Below, piece by piece: positions 23,761 through 36,639 of a stretch of 60,000 nt of DNA. Position 1 is the first letter of the stretch; each line of letters begins with the position of its first letter. The stretch is from Malacoraja senta (taxonomy: Eukaryota). The translations under genes were made by a program, and so were the position numbers. The stretch lies in contig CM075992.1 in the NCBI GenBank assembly GCA_038087875.1, positions 6,574,001 through 6,634,000 of the forward strand, read 5' to 3'. The notes under the pieces were generated by a model. It was not told the DNA's origin and did no database searches. It saw nothing but the letters and a program-made list of their open reading frames with translations.

Positions 23761-26384
23761 CAGCTTCACCTGAGACACAAAATGCTGGAGTAACTCAGCG
23801 GGACAGGCAGCATCTCACTTCGAGAGGAAATTGGTGAAGTTTCGGGTCGAGACCCTTCTTCAGACCGGCATCTGCATTTCCTTCCCACATATTTCGCCTG
23901 AGACACTATTATACTATGACTTTGAGTCTTAGGAGATGGCACAAGAGCCAGCAAGTCAAGCTCCTTTGCTAAAAGGCACATGAAACTAGATAAACAGATG
24001 TCTATAAACTTGTAGGAAGGAACTGCAAATGCTGGTTTACACCGAAGACAGACACAAAATCCTGGATAGAAGGAATGGGTGACGTTTCGGGTTGAGACCA
24101 TTCTTCAGACCTTCTTCTGAAGAAGGGTTTTGACCTGAAATGTCACCCATTCCTTCTCTCCAGTGATGCTGCCTGTCCCGCTGAGCTACTCCAGTATTTT
24201 GTGTCTATTACCACATTTTCGAGGGGTCTTCCAGGGGAAATTTGAAGTGCGCTCTCGTAATTTTGTCCAGATTAAAGGGAGTGCCGGACAAGTTGCTGGA
24301 AAATCGGTGGTGGATCTGTACAAAGAAAAGCTTTGTTTTGCATACTATCCAAACAGATCAGATAATACAATACATAAATACCAATCAAGTTAAACTCAAG
24401 TACAATAGGTAGAGCAAAAGGGTGCAGAATATAGTTCTCAGCATTGTAGTGAATCAGTTTTACAGACAAAGTCCAATGTCCACAATGGGGTAGAAGTGAA
24501 TTAGACTGTACCTTAGGTTATGGAAGGATTATTCTGAAACCTGATTACAGAGGGAAATAAGCTGTTCCTGAGTCTGGTGGTGCGTGTTTCTATACCTTAT
24601 GCTGCATGGGAGCAGGGAGAAGAAGGAATGACCGCGGTGGGACAAGGGTTGTATTTCCAAGGCAGAATGAAGTGAAGATGGAATGGGCTACATCTGGGCA
24701 ACACCAGTGTCTCACTCTGTTCTTTATATGACAACATATGGGTTTCAATCTCACATGACCAAAGTGAGCATTAGATCAGATGTTGGTTTTGGTTTATTGT
24801 TGTCACGCGTCTGGAGATACATTGGAAAAATGTGCATGCATGCTATCCAGTCAAATCATATAATGTACGAGTACAATCAAGCCATAAATAAACACAAGTG
24901 AAACTGAATGCAAAATATCATGTTACAGCTACAGAGTAAGTGCAGATTTGAAAAAAGGGCGTATTGAGGTAGGTTGAGAGATGGAAGTCTACATCTCAGT
25001 TTATATGAGGACTGCTCAGTAGTCTGATAACAGTGTGGAAGAATCTGTTGGTACTTTGTATCTTTTGCCCAATGGGAGAGGGGCGAAGAAGAAATGATCG
25101 AGGCATGAGTGGTCTTTAATTTTGTTGGCTACTTTGCCGAGGCAGAGTAAAGTGTAGTTGGAATCGATGGTGGGGGGCGGGGGGCGGAGAGGTGGAGGTG
25201 TGGAGGAAGCTATTTTGTGATGGCCTAGGCTGTATTTACAACACTGCAACAGTTGCAAAACTGAGTTGTGATGCATTCCAATAGGATGCTTTCTGCTTTG
25301 CATCTGTAGAAATTGGTAAGTGTCGTAGGTGGCATGGCAAATATGTTTAATCGTCTGAGGAAGTAGAGGTGTTGGTGTGTATATAAGAACTTCAAATTAC
25401 AAGTTATTCTATAGGAAAATACACTACATGCAAAATATTTTAATCAGGAATTTTTGCAAACACTGCACCTTGTAATTTTTCCATTGTGTATACCTAATTT
25501 TAATAAGGCACAAGCATAATTTTAGTAAGTTGATTGTTAAACCAGTGCAAAGATTTTGCAAAAACAGTATCGGAACATACATGTACTACCTTCCCATTGC
25601 CTATTCTATATTTACACTATCCATCAGGTATTGAAATTATGGTTTCAGTTTTAATGTTACTATTTGATGAAAATAGATACAACTTAGCTAATTAAAAACA
25701 TTGCAGTCTGTAAAAGTACAGAGACCAATCCGTTCCTGGCATTGATCCATTTTAACCAACACTACCAAAGACAAAATCAATAGAAAAAATGAAACGCTTC
25801 TTTTACTCTTCAGTTGATCAACCATTCCGTTTTAAGCATTCTGGTTCTTTTCTCTTTTCTAGTATTTCTGATTTCATTTGTCTCCTAATTACACCTCCAC
25901 CAGATATATCTTTAGCAACCTTTTTAATCAACACAACCATCACTACTTATGTCTCTTAATCTCAAATACCTTCCTTTTTGTTGTCTTTTTGGTTTTAGCT
26001 CTATATTTAATATATATACACTTATGTACCTGTCCAAAGATTTTCAATTCTGTCTTGTTACCTCCTGTCCCATTTTGCACCTTCGGTCTCCAGTCCTGCT
26101 GTGCTTTTACATTTGTTGCACTTACGAGAACACTTCTACTCTTTGATGTTCTCTCTGGTTCAACATCACATTTCCTGCATTGGTCGATAGCAGGATGCCA
26201 AAGCTTACAGTTGTATCAATTCTAAGCAGACTGAAAGGCTTACAGAATTTTAAGACCATCAGCCAATCTCAAATGCTGTTCCTGCTGCTGCTAAAAATTA
26301 AAGCACAGAGGCAGCAGTATTGCCAATTGGAAATTTACTTAAGCAGTGTTTTAAGGTACCTTCTGTAAATAGTCTATGTCTCAG

Positions 26385-26575
26385 AAGTACATAGGTTGAC
26401 AGGGATTGCTGCTGTCTTTAGGCTTTGATCTACAAAACTTTTCACTCAGGTGGCCAAAGGCTGAACTGGTGCACTGAAGGTGATTGCGAATTTCCTCATC
26501 AAATCTTTCATTGAGGAATGACTCCCGAAACGTTAGAGGCCATTGTTTGTAGCAGTTGAGTGACTGGTGCATCCT
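26385..26575 (-). mobile_element. Old RTE-clade LINE fragment
   Basis: Translates to DEEIRNHLQCTSSAFGHL, resembling the RTE ORF region after the RT core. Confidence 0.55.
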
Positions 26576-26591
26576 CGCATATTTTTTAGTG

Positions 26592-27355
26592 CAGCGTTTC
26601 TCAACGTTTTTACCCTTGCGGAACCCTTCAAATAATTTTCATGTCTCAGGAAACCTCTACATAAAAATTATTATATATCTTTATTAATCTCTCTCTTTCT
26701 CTTTCATAAACTTAAAGTTCATAAGGCAAACATAATATATTTTTCTGATAACTGGTTTAAGCAAAATATAACTTGCGTTTTTCTCAAGTTTATTGACAAT
26801 GCAAAAAAAAACAGAAATCTAACTGCTTGTTCAAAACTGAAGCAAATAAAGGCAAACAGAAAAACTAACCTTGGAAGAGAGAGAGAGAGAGAGAAAACAA
26901 CACATAAACTTTTCATAAACAAAAATAAACATAAACATACTTACATTTTTAAAATTCATATAACATCCCTAAATAATGGGTAAAAGTTACTAAATAACGT
27001 GGGTGAATAAGGGACTGTACCTGTACGCCAGGAAGCACAGACAGGACTGATGAGGACCGTGCATGTGTCTATACTCGAGTGAGTCACTTGATGATACATG
27101 AATCCATCATGTACAGCTCCTGTCCACTGACCACTGAAGGCCATTTCACACTGGCGCCGTATAGATGTTGCTCAATAGACGTCGCTAAATATGCCGTACG
27201 TGTATAATAAAATTGCGAATATGAAATTAAACACAAAAATAACTCAAAAAATGCATTTACATATGATTAGCCTATTTATCACTATTTCTCTCGGAACCCC
27301 TAGCGATCTCTTGCGGAACCCTAGCGTTCCGGGGAACCCCGGTTGTGAAATGCTG
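26592..27355. mobile_element. Non-autonomous hAT (Charlie-like) DNA transposon
   Basis: TIRs CAGCGTTTCTCAAC / GTTGTGAAATGCTG; perfect 8-bp TSD ttttagtg (26584-91, 27356-63); subterminal cggaaccc repeats. Confidence 0.92.
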
Positions 27356-28254
27356 TTTTAGTGATTGAGTTGATGATGACTTGGAGCTCAGCCTCTGAGT
27401 GTTAATACAGCCTCTGAGTGTTAATATATACACTGGAGTCATCTGCAAACTGCAGTTCAGCTACTGTGGTGTAGATGACTTTGGTTGACGGCACATATTT
27501 GAAGAGTTTCTTAAACTCTCCTCCAGTAGGAGTTTGTTGGAAATTAGATTATAGTCCATAGTTTTGTAGATTACAGCATTTCAAATGCTCATTTGTCATT
27601 TTGATTGTGATGATGGATTTTGCCTGCACCACCATCAGCAAGTTCCAGCTTACTTTTGGCTGAAAGTATTTTCTTCCAACCTTCTTCTTGTAATTCTTAC
27701 AATTACCTAACTCCTTGTACTCAAGTTATTGACCATTCAGCTAAAGAAAGTAGCTCCTTTCAGGTCACCTTGCCAAAGCCACCTATAACATACAGATTAA
27801 TTCAATCTTGCATCTTCATAACATATTATTTCCCAGCAGTTTTGCTTGGCATGAATCCATATTTCCTATCACATACATTTTAGTTTCCATCATGCTGCAT
27901 ACTCTCATCTTCAAAAAATTCCAGTAAATGAACATATTAAAGTGCAGACAGACATAATGAGAAGTGAACGGAGATGTAAAGAGAAGTGATGGCAGGGAAT
28001 TGAGAGATAATGTACGTAAAGAAGCAAGTGAAAATGTAATGATTACATACCGTGAAAAAGTGGAAATTAAAAGTTGTAGAGAAGGCAATGTGACAGAAAT
28101 CGTGACATGAAAGATCAAGTAATAGTATCTGATTTTTAGAATAACGGGCTTTGTGTAACAGTTGGAACGTACCCATTGAGAAGATTTCAGCAGACAGTAA
28201 TTGAATTTCACGGTTGAATTTTGCAACATTTCTTTGCCCAAACCTTGTTACTTT

Positions 28255-29720
28255 TTTGTGTGGGAAAGAACTGCAGATGCTGGATAAAATCGAAGGTAGA
28301 CACAAAATGCTGGAGTAACTCAACGGGTGAGACAGCATCTATGGAGAGAAGGAATGGGTGGAGTTTTGGGTCGAGACCCTTCTTCAGACTGATGTCGGGG
28401 AGGGGGGGGGAGATAGAAATTGGGCAGAGACAGTAAGACTTGTAGGAGAACTGGGAAGGAGGAGGGGAATGAGTGAGAAAGCAAGGGCTATCAAGAAATT
28501 ATAGTTGAGGCTCTCACGAGAGGCTCTCACATTTTCACCACCTCCAACAGGATCCCACTACTGGCCACATCTTCCCATCTCCACACCTTTCTGCTTTCGC
28601 AGAGACCGTTCCCTCTGTAACTCCCTGGTCAATTTGTCCCTTCCCACCCAAACCACCCCCTCCCTGGGTACTTTCCCCTGCAACCGCAGGAGATGCAACA
28701 CTTGTCCCTTTACCTCCCCCCTCGAATCCATCCAAGGACCCAATCAGTCTTTCCAGGTGAGGCAGTGGTTCACTTGCACCTCCTCCAACCTCATCTACTG
28801 CACCGCTGTTCCAAGTGTCAACTTCTCTACATTGGCGAGATGAAGCGCAGACTCGGCGGTCGTTTCGCTGAACACCTCCGCTCAGTCCGTCGTAACCAAC
28901 CTGTTCTCCCGGTTGCTCAGCACTTCAACTCCCCCTCCCATTCCCAATCTGACCTTTCTATCCTGGGCCTCCTCCATTGTCAGAGTGAGGCCCAGCGCAA
29001 ATTGGAGGAACAGCACCTCATATTTCGCTTGCGTAGTCTACACCCCAGCAGTATGAACATTGACTTCTCTAATTTCAGATAGCCCTTGCTTTCTCACTCA
29101 TTCCCCTCCTCCTTCCTAGTTCTCCTACAAGTCCTATTGTCTCTGCCCACTTTCTATCTTTTTCTTGCCCCTCCCTCCCTGACATCAGTCTGAAGAAGAG
29201 TCTCGACATGAAACGTCACCCATTCCTTCTCTCCATAGCTGCTGCCTCACCCACTAAGTAAAGGGCCTGTCCCACTTTCACGAGGTAATTAACAAATTCT
29301 CCCGAGTTTTCCCCGTGATTCAAACTCGCAGAATGTTCGTAACGAGTCCGTAGGAGGTCGTAGGAGTTCGTAGACATATCGTAGCGGCTCATTATGCTAA
29401 CCGTAGGTACTCGTATCACGTAAGTCCGGACGTTTATTCCAGCCCGATAAAAAATGTCCACGAGTAAAAAAATGGTCGGGATGAAAGAAATTGCAACTTT
29501 TTACTCATAAGGAGGGCATCAAAATAGTCGTGGGAATTCGTAGACATACTCGTAGGAGTTCGTAGGAGTTCGTGAACATAGTCGTGGAAGGTCGTAGGAG
29601 TTCGTAGATTACCACGATTCTTGATTTTTTTTTTTTTAGGTCCTTTAAACTCGGCAGAGGTTTTGAATTAAGTCATGAACGTGGGACAGGCCCTTTAGTC
29701 CAGCATTTTGTGTCTACCTT
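28255..29720 (+). mobile_element. Penelope-like element 3' part with inverted upstream terminal repeat, interrupted by a MITE
   Basis: Frameshifted ORF FRRDRSL..GTFPCNRRRCNTC..NLIYC..CSKCQLLYIGE (GIY-YIG); ~28290-28500 is the reverse complement of ~29070-29258 plus 29698-29720. Confidence 0.88.
29262..29694. mobile_element. MITE with AGGGCCTGTCCCAC termini (PIF/Harbinger- or Kolobok-like)
   Basis: TIRs agggcctgtcccac / gtgggacaggccct; TAA/TTA flanks; internal cgtaggagtt repeats. Confidence 0.88.
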
Positions 29721-31094
29721 GTTACTTTTTTGTCTTCCACATGATACTTCATGACTGTCTTTGTTGGACACAGTAGTATCTATATTGATTCATTTCATGG
29801 TGGGGCCGTTACTTTGTCACAAATGTAGGAAGAGACACATAGAGAGATGAGCATATACGTGGAATGTTTCAATACAGAAATGATTTCTTTAGTCATTAGC
29901 AAAGATACTAGAGGAGTATCTTTGGTCAGTAGGTCTGTGCCAGTAATAAGCTACCTAGTCTATCTTTTACTGTCTGTTTTATATAATATCGAGATCGATT
30001 TTGTTTTTTATATATATATTAAAGTATCCATATACAACTTCTGAATCATATTTTTGTGTAATTAAGGAACTTATTATTTTCCTAACCAGATTCTACCCTA
30101 TTCTCTTAAAAGTATTAATTCCATTGCTTCAAAAATACATGTGTACTGATTGTTCCTTTCTATTTTCTATTTCATCTTGTATCTAATCTGTCAACATGTA
30201 TTGCTGAAAGTGTGTTTGCTGTTAATGACTTTGCATCAGAACACTGTTTACATTTGTAAATTGCACAATCCTCAAACTTCACCTGGAAACATCAGAGTTG
30301 AGCATAATACTGCTTCATTTTACACAATCGAAGCCCATCACCTCTTACCCACTTTCGAGCAAAAGCTGTTGGAAAGCTGTGAGCCTGAAATAATCTTTCT
30401 GTTCCTAGTCCAGGAATTTTTAGACTAATTTTAGTAACCGTATGACTTAATTGAGCTAACTCAACATAAACCTGAAACCAAATCAACATGGCACTGTCAG
30501 GAGTATTTTGTTTTGCTAACTTTCTTAGAACATCAGACAGTTTTTTTTTGTTAAATACTGGCTGCTAAAGTGATTTTTGGAATCATTATCTATTGAATTT
30601 TATTCAACATACAAATGTACTCTCCATATTGTTATAGATTATGTGAGAATCTGTACATATAATAATCATAATCATATTGTATTAGCCAAGTATGTTTTGC
30701 AACATACAAGGAATTTCATTTGCCATACAGTCATACCAATAAAAAGCAACTGAACATACAAAATACATTTTAACATGAACATCCACCACAGTGACTCCTC
30801 AGCATTCTTTACTGTGATGGAAGGCGAAAAAAAGTTAAATCTCAATATATGTGTGTGTATATATGTATGTGTGTGTGTGTGTGTATATTGATATATATCT
30901 CTCTATCGCATCTTGTTTGTTATTATGTCTGTGATTCTATCTGTCTGTGTGTGTGCCCATGTGCTCCCGGAACTACGCCAAAACGGTACACGATAGCACT
31001 ACAATTTTTGGCCCATCTTACTCACCATTGTCCTGTGGTGTGTAAATATATGTATTTTTAGTTCCTATTTCATTGACGGATCAGCAAATGTAGA

Positions 31095-31320
31095 CTAAAA
31101 TGCTGGAGTAACTCGGCAGGTGAGGAAACCTCTCTGGAGAGAAGGAATCGGCGACATTTCTGGTCGAGACCCTTCTTCAATCGAGACCGGTCTGAAGAAG
31201 GGTCTCGACCTGAAACGTCGCCCATTCCTTCTCTCCAGAGATGCTGCCTCACCCGCTGAGTTACTCCAGCATTTTGTGTCTACCTTCGATTTATACCAGC
31301 ATCTGCAGTTCTTTCTTACA
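31095..31320. mobile_element. Miniature palindromic Penelope-derived element
   Basis: ~83-bp inverted arms (31097-31179 / 31193-31275); flanking repeat cagcaaatgtaga (31082-94) / cagtaaatgtaga (31321-33). Confidence 0.8.
31192..31219 (+). ncRNA. Minimal hammerhead ribozyme motif (Penelope-associated), representative copy
   Basis: CUGAAGA core, stem II GGGU-CUCG-ACCU, GAAAC, then GUC. Confidence 0.6.
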
Positions 31321-31379
31321 CAGTAAATGTAGAGTAGTATCATTCCTGATACTGTAGACTTTACGCAAAAGGAAGGGCG

Positions 31380-32050
31380 CTGAAGAGACTAATTGTATGA
31401 CTAAGTCAAATTGATTCACAGTTTAAGTTGCACTATGATGGGGTTATACTAAAGACCTCCTAATACTCAGCAGGAGATAGAGGAATATTTATAAGCAGAT
31501 TATGGAAAAATATAAAAGCATCAGGATAGTCAGTGGATGGCTTTAATTTCCCCAATATTGACTTGGATTCCATTTGTACCAGAGGTTTAGAAGAGCAGAA
31601 TTTGTTAGGTGCATCTAGGCGGGTTTCATGACACAGTATGTATATAATCCATTCAGGAATGGGCCATACTAAATCTTGCGTTGGGAAACGAGCCTGGCCA
31701 GGTGATCAGAGTTTCAGTGGAAGAGCATAACTCTTCCACTGAAACCAAATCAACATAGCACTGTCGGGAGTATTTTTAACACTGTATTTCTTCATTTAGT
31801 TATGGATAAAGGTTAGATTGGACCTCGGAGGAAGTGCAAACTTGGAGAAAGGCTAATAGTAACAAAATTAGGCAGGAACTGGAGAGAGTAGATTGGGAGC
31901 GGGTGTTATTGGTTAAGTCCACATCATACGTGTGAGATTTGTTCAAATGCCAGCCCGTGAGGAAGTTAAACAGGGGTAGCAAAGTCCAAGAACCTGAATG
32001 AAAAGAGATGTTGCAAATTTAGTCAAGGAAAAGGAAACATAGGGTTGAGA
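31380..32050 (+). mobile_element. Old CR1 fragment (APE region)
   Basis: Degenerate similarity to ~16500-17100 (..RPPN.., FNFPNIDW-like, L.LGNEPGQV). Confidence 0.7.
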
Positions 32051-33758
32051 AAAATGGAATTATATAGGGAGTTTGATACGGGCTTGAATCACAATATTCA
32101 GCATATCAATTTTTATACAGGATATTTATTTCTGTATTATTTCCGAATATATTTCAAATAAAAGTAAAACAGTTTCATTAAAGCCATTTGCTTCAAACTT
32201 CCAATACAATTATTACTTGCATGACATTGGGTGTGGTAAATGTTTTGAGCAATCATTTGTCATGGGTGACAATTATTGCTTTTTTGATCCTAGTTAGAAT
32301 TTTCAATCATCAGCTCCTTGAATTTTGTCAGGTATACATCAATACAGCAGCTTGAGCAAGCATGCACACACTCAGTTCCGCCCTGCTTGGTAGATTTTTA
32401 ATTCAAATTTTAATTTGGAGATATAGTGATGAATCGAACAATGTAATTTGCATCATCAGTTGAAACAGTGAGCAACTGAACGATCTGGGTTGATCAAGTA
32501 AAAATACATTGCTAATTCAAGGTGAGGTGATTAGATACTTATTAAATTTCAAGTTTTGAAGATGACAACACTGAAAAAGAATCAACGTTCCCCAGTAAAA
32601 TCTAAACAGTATGATGCACATTGCACCACATAGCAAATTTAAAATTGCTTTTTAAATTGTTATTCGCAACAACAAAAAATTCTGCTTTACCTGTGTGTTT
32701 ATTACCTATCTTTAAGTGGAATATCTGAATAAATCATAGAACAGAATGTTACATTTAAGACTCTTGAGCCTGGGTTATGTTATTATTGTCTGAAAATCAA
32801 AGTTCTGGGCACATTAATAGAAGTCTTTTATATCGACCTTTATAATGTTTGCAGAGATCAACTGTTCTTTTTTAATGCTACCTGAACCAGGAGCACAGAC
32901 GATAACCATGATTGGAGCTGCAGTATTGATTAAAGAGTATGTACACCTCTTGTGTATTGTTCCGCACAGCCAAATATTAATACGTCCTTTAGAAGTTTTG
33001 CATGGCAATATATTATTTGTAAAAAAATGATATTTGTCAAAGAGTATTAAGTACAGAATTTAGTCATATCCTTTCATTTTACAGGTTCAGCAGTGTGGGA
33101 GGTTCTGAGAATAGCTCATATTCTCTCAAGGGAGAGAAATGGATGGGAAGGTCAACTCAGGAGAGGGTTCTTTGTATTGTATCATTTTGCATTATTGAAA
33201 AGTTACAGGAGGAAATCAGTAACCATGTTAAGCACTTGAGAGATAGATGGGTATCACGTGGTTGGAGAAGAACAATGAAGAAAAATAACAGAAATTAGAG
33301 GGCGAATGTGCTTCTTGCAAAAAAAAAAGTTTCTTACACCTCTTTACCTGTTTTTGCTTTTCTAGATCCCAATTGCTGTCTGTAACTGTTATATTTCTTT
33401 CTTTGCATGTTTTAGCTTGAAAATGTCTACCGTTTCTTTAATCAATTGATAAAAATGTAATTATACAATTATTACATAATCTATGACAGATCATGGAAAT
33501 TCTTATTGTTCAAAGTAATTGGCAGTTACAGATAGCATGACACAATGACGCCACTGATTACTCTTTCTCATCACTCATTACACATAAATGGATTAAACAG
33601 ATGTGGTAACAAGTTTTAAATATGGTAGGATTGGCATAACAGTGCGATTGCATTGTTAAGACATAATGAAAGATGGTAGTGAGAACTAACTCATTATAGT
33701 CAATCTGTTCACTGCATCTTGATGAATTCTTAAATTAAATTCTTATCTTTTTTCTTAG

Positions 33759-33807
33759 TGGACAAGGTGGAGAGTTCCATTTAACACCACCACCTGCAGA
33801 GGTTGGT
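33759..33807 (+). other. RFX1: RFX1 5' UTR part of the first coding exon
   Basis: Polypyrimidine acceptor tcttatcttttttcttag ends at 33758, 49 nt before the ATG. Confidence 0.75.
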
Positions 33808-34096
33808 ATGGCAACACAGGCCTACGTTACAGAACTCCCACCAGTTCAACAACAGCAGCAGCAACAACAGCCACAGCAGCAACAACAACCAAACCAGCAA
33901 CAGTATGTTACAGACTTGCAGACCGTTGCTGGTGCACAACCATCACAGCAGCAACAACAGCAGCAGCAGCCGCAACCAACACCATCCCAAAAACAGTATG
34001 TCAGTGAGCTACAGGTATCACAACAACCGCAGCAGCCTTCTGCTCAGATCTCACCAGTAACAACACCACAGCAGTACATTGTGGTTACAGTGTCAG
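33808..34096 (+). CDS. RFX1: Regulatory factor X1, first coding exon
   Basis: MATQAYVTEL..QYVTDLQ..QKQYVSEL..PQQYIVVTVS matches the RFX1 N-terminus (human MATQAYTELQ..QYVTELQ..QKQYVTEL..PQQYIVVTVS); phase-1 donor G|GTGAGT at 34096/34097. Confidence 0.93.
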
Positions 34097-34466
34097 GTGA
34101 GTACAGCTTAAACATGTATGAGAAACATCCGTGGGCTGTCTCTTGCCGATCTCACCCCGTGAATACATCCTTGTCATTCCTGCCTCTTGCCTTAAGGCTG
34201 TTCTGTTTTTAAAAGCTTGTATCTTCTGATGTATGTTCACAAGATTGGAAGTGTACTTCAGTCTGAACCTTAGTATATTTCTATAGAGTTTCCAAAACTT
34301 AATATCTGAACTATTGAGTGTGAGAATCACGCATTTCGACAAATTCTCACGCTCTCACGCTGATCACAAATTTCTCACGCTCTGTCGTGAGAAATTCTGT
34401 GATCAACGAAAATTTCAAAACTCATATCGACTGCATGGGTGTTGGAGAGTCGGGGCTGAGGGAGGG

Positions 34467-34718
34467 ATGGAAGCAGAAGCAGCGGAGGGGACAGATGCTG
34501 ACAGGGAGCCGGGGCTGGCGAGTGTTTGCCGGGCTGGTGAGTCGCTCGCTGCAGCTCCGGCCATGGAGCAGCCTCGGTGCAAGAGTCCCGGGCCGTCGGA
34601 GGTGTCGGAAGCGTTGCGCCGCTGCCGTGAGAGTCTCTGTGCCAAATTCGCCCAGGTGACCGGCATGGACCAGGCTGCAGCTCGGTGCATCCTGGAGGAC
34701 AACCAGTGGCTGCTGGAA
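34467..34718 (+). pseudogene. TDP2: Orphan TDP2-like first exon (UBA-like domain)
   Basis: 84 open codons ending RESLCAKFAQVTGMDQAAARCILEDNQWLLE then GTAAGT; compare human TDP2 RRLLCVEFASVASCDAAVAQCFLAENDWEME; no further TDP2 exons recognised. Confidence 0.72.
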
Positions 34719-34829
34719 GTAAGTACCAAGCACTGGGTAGAAACGGTGGAAGTTAGTGGCCTTCAAATGGGGTTGGTTGGAGAAAGCATCCTGCTTGCCT
34801 GCTAGATTTTCACTTACTATAACTGCAGG

Positions 34830-35162
34830 AAAAATGTTCCCGATGTTGGGGGAGTTCAGAACCAGGGGTCAGTTTAAGAATAAAGGGTAGGCCAGTTAGG
34901 ACTGAGATGAGGACAAACTTTCTTCACGCAGAGTTGTGAATCTGTGGAATTCTCTGCCACAGAAGGCAGTGGAGGCCAATTCACTGGATATTTTCAAGAG
35001 AGGGTTACATTTAGCTCTTGGGGCTAGCGAAATCAAGGGATATGGGGTAAAAACAGGAAAGAGGTATTGATTTTAGATGAACAGCCATGATCATATTGAA
35101 TGGCAGTGCTGGCTCAAAGGGCCGAATGGCCTATTCCTGCACCTATTTTCTATGTTTCTATG
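34830..35162 (+). mobile_element. CR1 LINE 3' fragment
   Basis: Similar to 18760-19094; ends tttctatgtttctatg. Confidence 0.85.
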
Positions 35163-36639
35163 CTTGAGTATATAGCAATAAAACTCGACCACTTGATTTT
35201 GAAGAATTCATGCATGATGGAGGTATAATGTAGTCATAGAGTGATACAGTGTGAATACAGGCCCTTCGGCGCAACTTGCCCACACCTGCCCACATGTCCC
35301 AGCTACACTACCTGCTTTTGGTCCATATCCCTCCAAACCTGTCCTATCCATGTATCAGTCTAACTGTTTCTTAAATGTTGGTATGGTCCCTGCCTCGACT
35401 ACGTCCTCTGGCAGCTTGTTCCATACACCACCACCCTTTGTGTGGAAAAAGTTACCCCTTAAAAAGTTACCTCTTAAAAATACTTCAAACAAAAAACATT
35501 GAAATCATACTTCTACAATGCACTAAAACATGATTTGAATGCATAAAATTCCAAAAAGTCCCTACCGTGGGAGGTGGTACAGCCCCCTCCCACACCCTCA
35601 CCCCACTCAGTTGCTCCACTCCCTCGCCAGGTACCCCCAAGGCCAGTGATCAGTGATTGCTCAGCTTCCCCTCTTTCAAAAACGTTCCGTGGCCCCTGGT
35701 TCAGACAGAGAACACTGCCAGATGTGAGCAGGGAACTGAGGTCAGATCCCAATGCTCAGTGCTTTGTGTTTCGGAGTTGGCTAATGTTATTGATTTGTAA
35801 TTAGCCTGATTTGTAATTAGTTGACAAAACCTTAATTTATTAATCCGGAATATCCAGGGGGATGGGATAAGTGTAATATTAAAATGACATGCAAGGTGTC
35901 AGGCTGTCTGTTACAACATACAGCCCCGATAATTCATTATTTCCTTCAGTTAAATATTGGGAAGGTAGCACTATTATCATTTGCCACTCAACTATTATGT
36001 TTGTTTACCTCACTGACTATTTCTAAACCACTCCCCCCCCCCCCCCCAAATTCCTTTGATAGGTTGAATAGAAATGTCCCCAATCTCGTAGTTTTATTAA
36101 TTGAACACGTAGATGAACATCCTCAAGGAGTGTAATCAGATGGAAACTGATTCAGATGCTATGTTTAAAAGCTTGTTCAAAGAAGGGGCATATTTTAAAG
36201 GAGTCACAGAGATACTTGCAGGGGAATGTGTGAAGAGGTTATTATTTGTCTTTAGTTTTAGCTTGAACCAGGACATCTGAAGATTCAAAGTTTAATATAG
36301 TAATTGTGCTGATACTGACTCCAACCAACCACATAATGAATATCATCCATTCCGGAGGTTTTATTTTTCTGATGCATTTAAACTTCACTTGGATTTCAAT
36401 CACTTTGATCTAAAAGTAATTGGGAATGGGGAGCATTGGAACAACAATTTGCTCTCTGTACATATTAACTAATATAATAATGTATGCATGTTGGTAGGTG
36501 CAATCAAAACACAGATCTTTTTATCATTGTTGTGTTATGAATACCACAGAAAATATTATGTACTATCAAGATCACATTTAATAGAATAATATTGCTTAAA
36601 TATATAGTTATTGGACTTTTCATTTTGGAAAAGTCCCAG

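Noticed and set aside
23285..23778. Pro/Gly/Arg-rich ORFs over the CpG island
   Set aside because: Expected by-product of high GC content; no recognisable protein similarity
30895..31050. Possible Helitron 5' fragment
   Set aside because: Only a short shared motif (atttttggcc..atcttactca, cf. ~57985) and no 3' hairpin or CTAG end; too little to call
34097..34212. C-terminal part of the 134-aa ORF 33808..34212
   Set aside because: Read-through into the intron past the GTGAGT donor; RFX1 similarity resumes at 55737
34467..34718. A functional TDP2 gene nested in RFX1
   Set aside because: No exon 2 or nuclease-domain exons recognised in the following 25 kb, and transposon-like ends surround it; exons beyond the window cannot be excluded
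36063..36237. Possible additional exon after a polypyrimidine tract
   Set aside because: Weak donor, no recognisable protein, and no clean phase relationship with RFX1 or the TDP2-like exon
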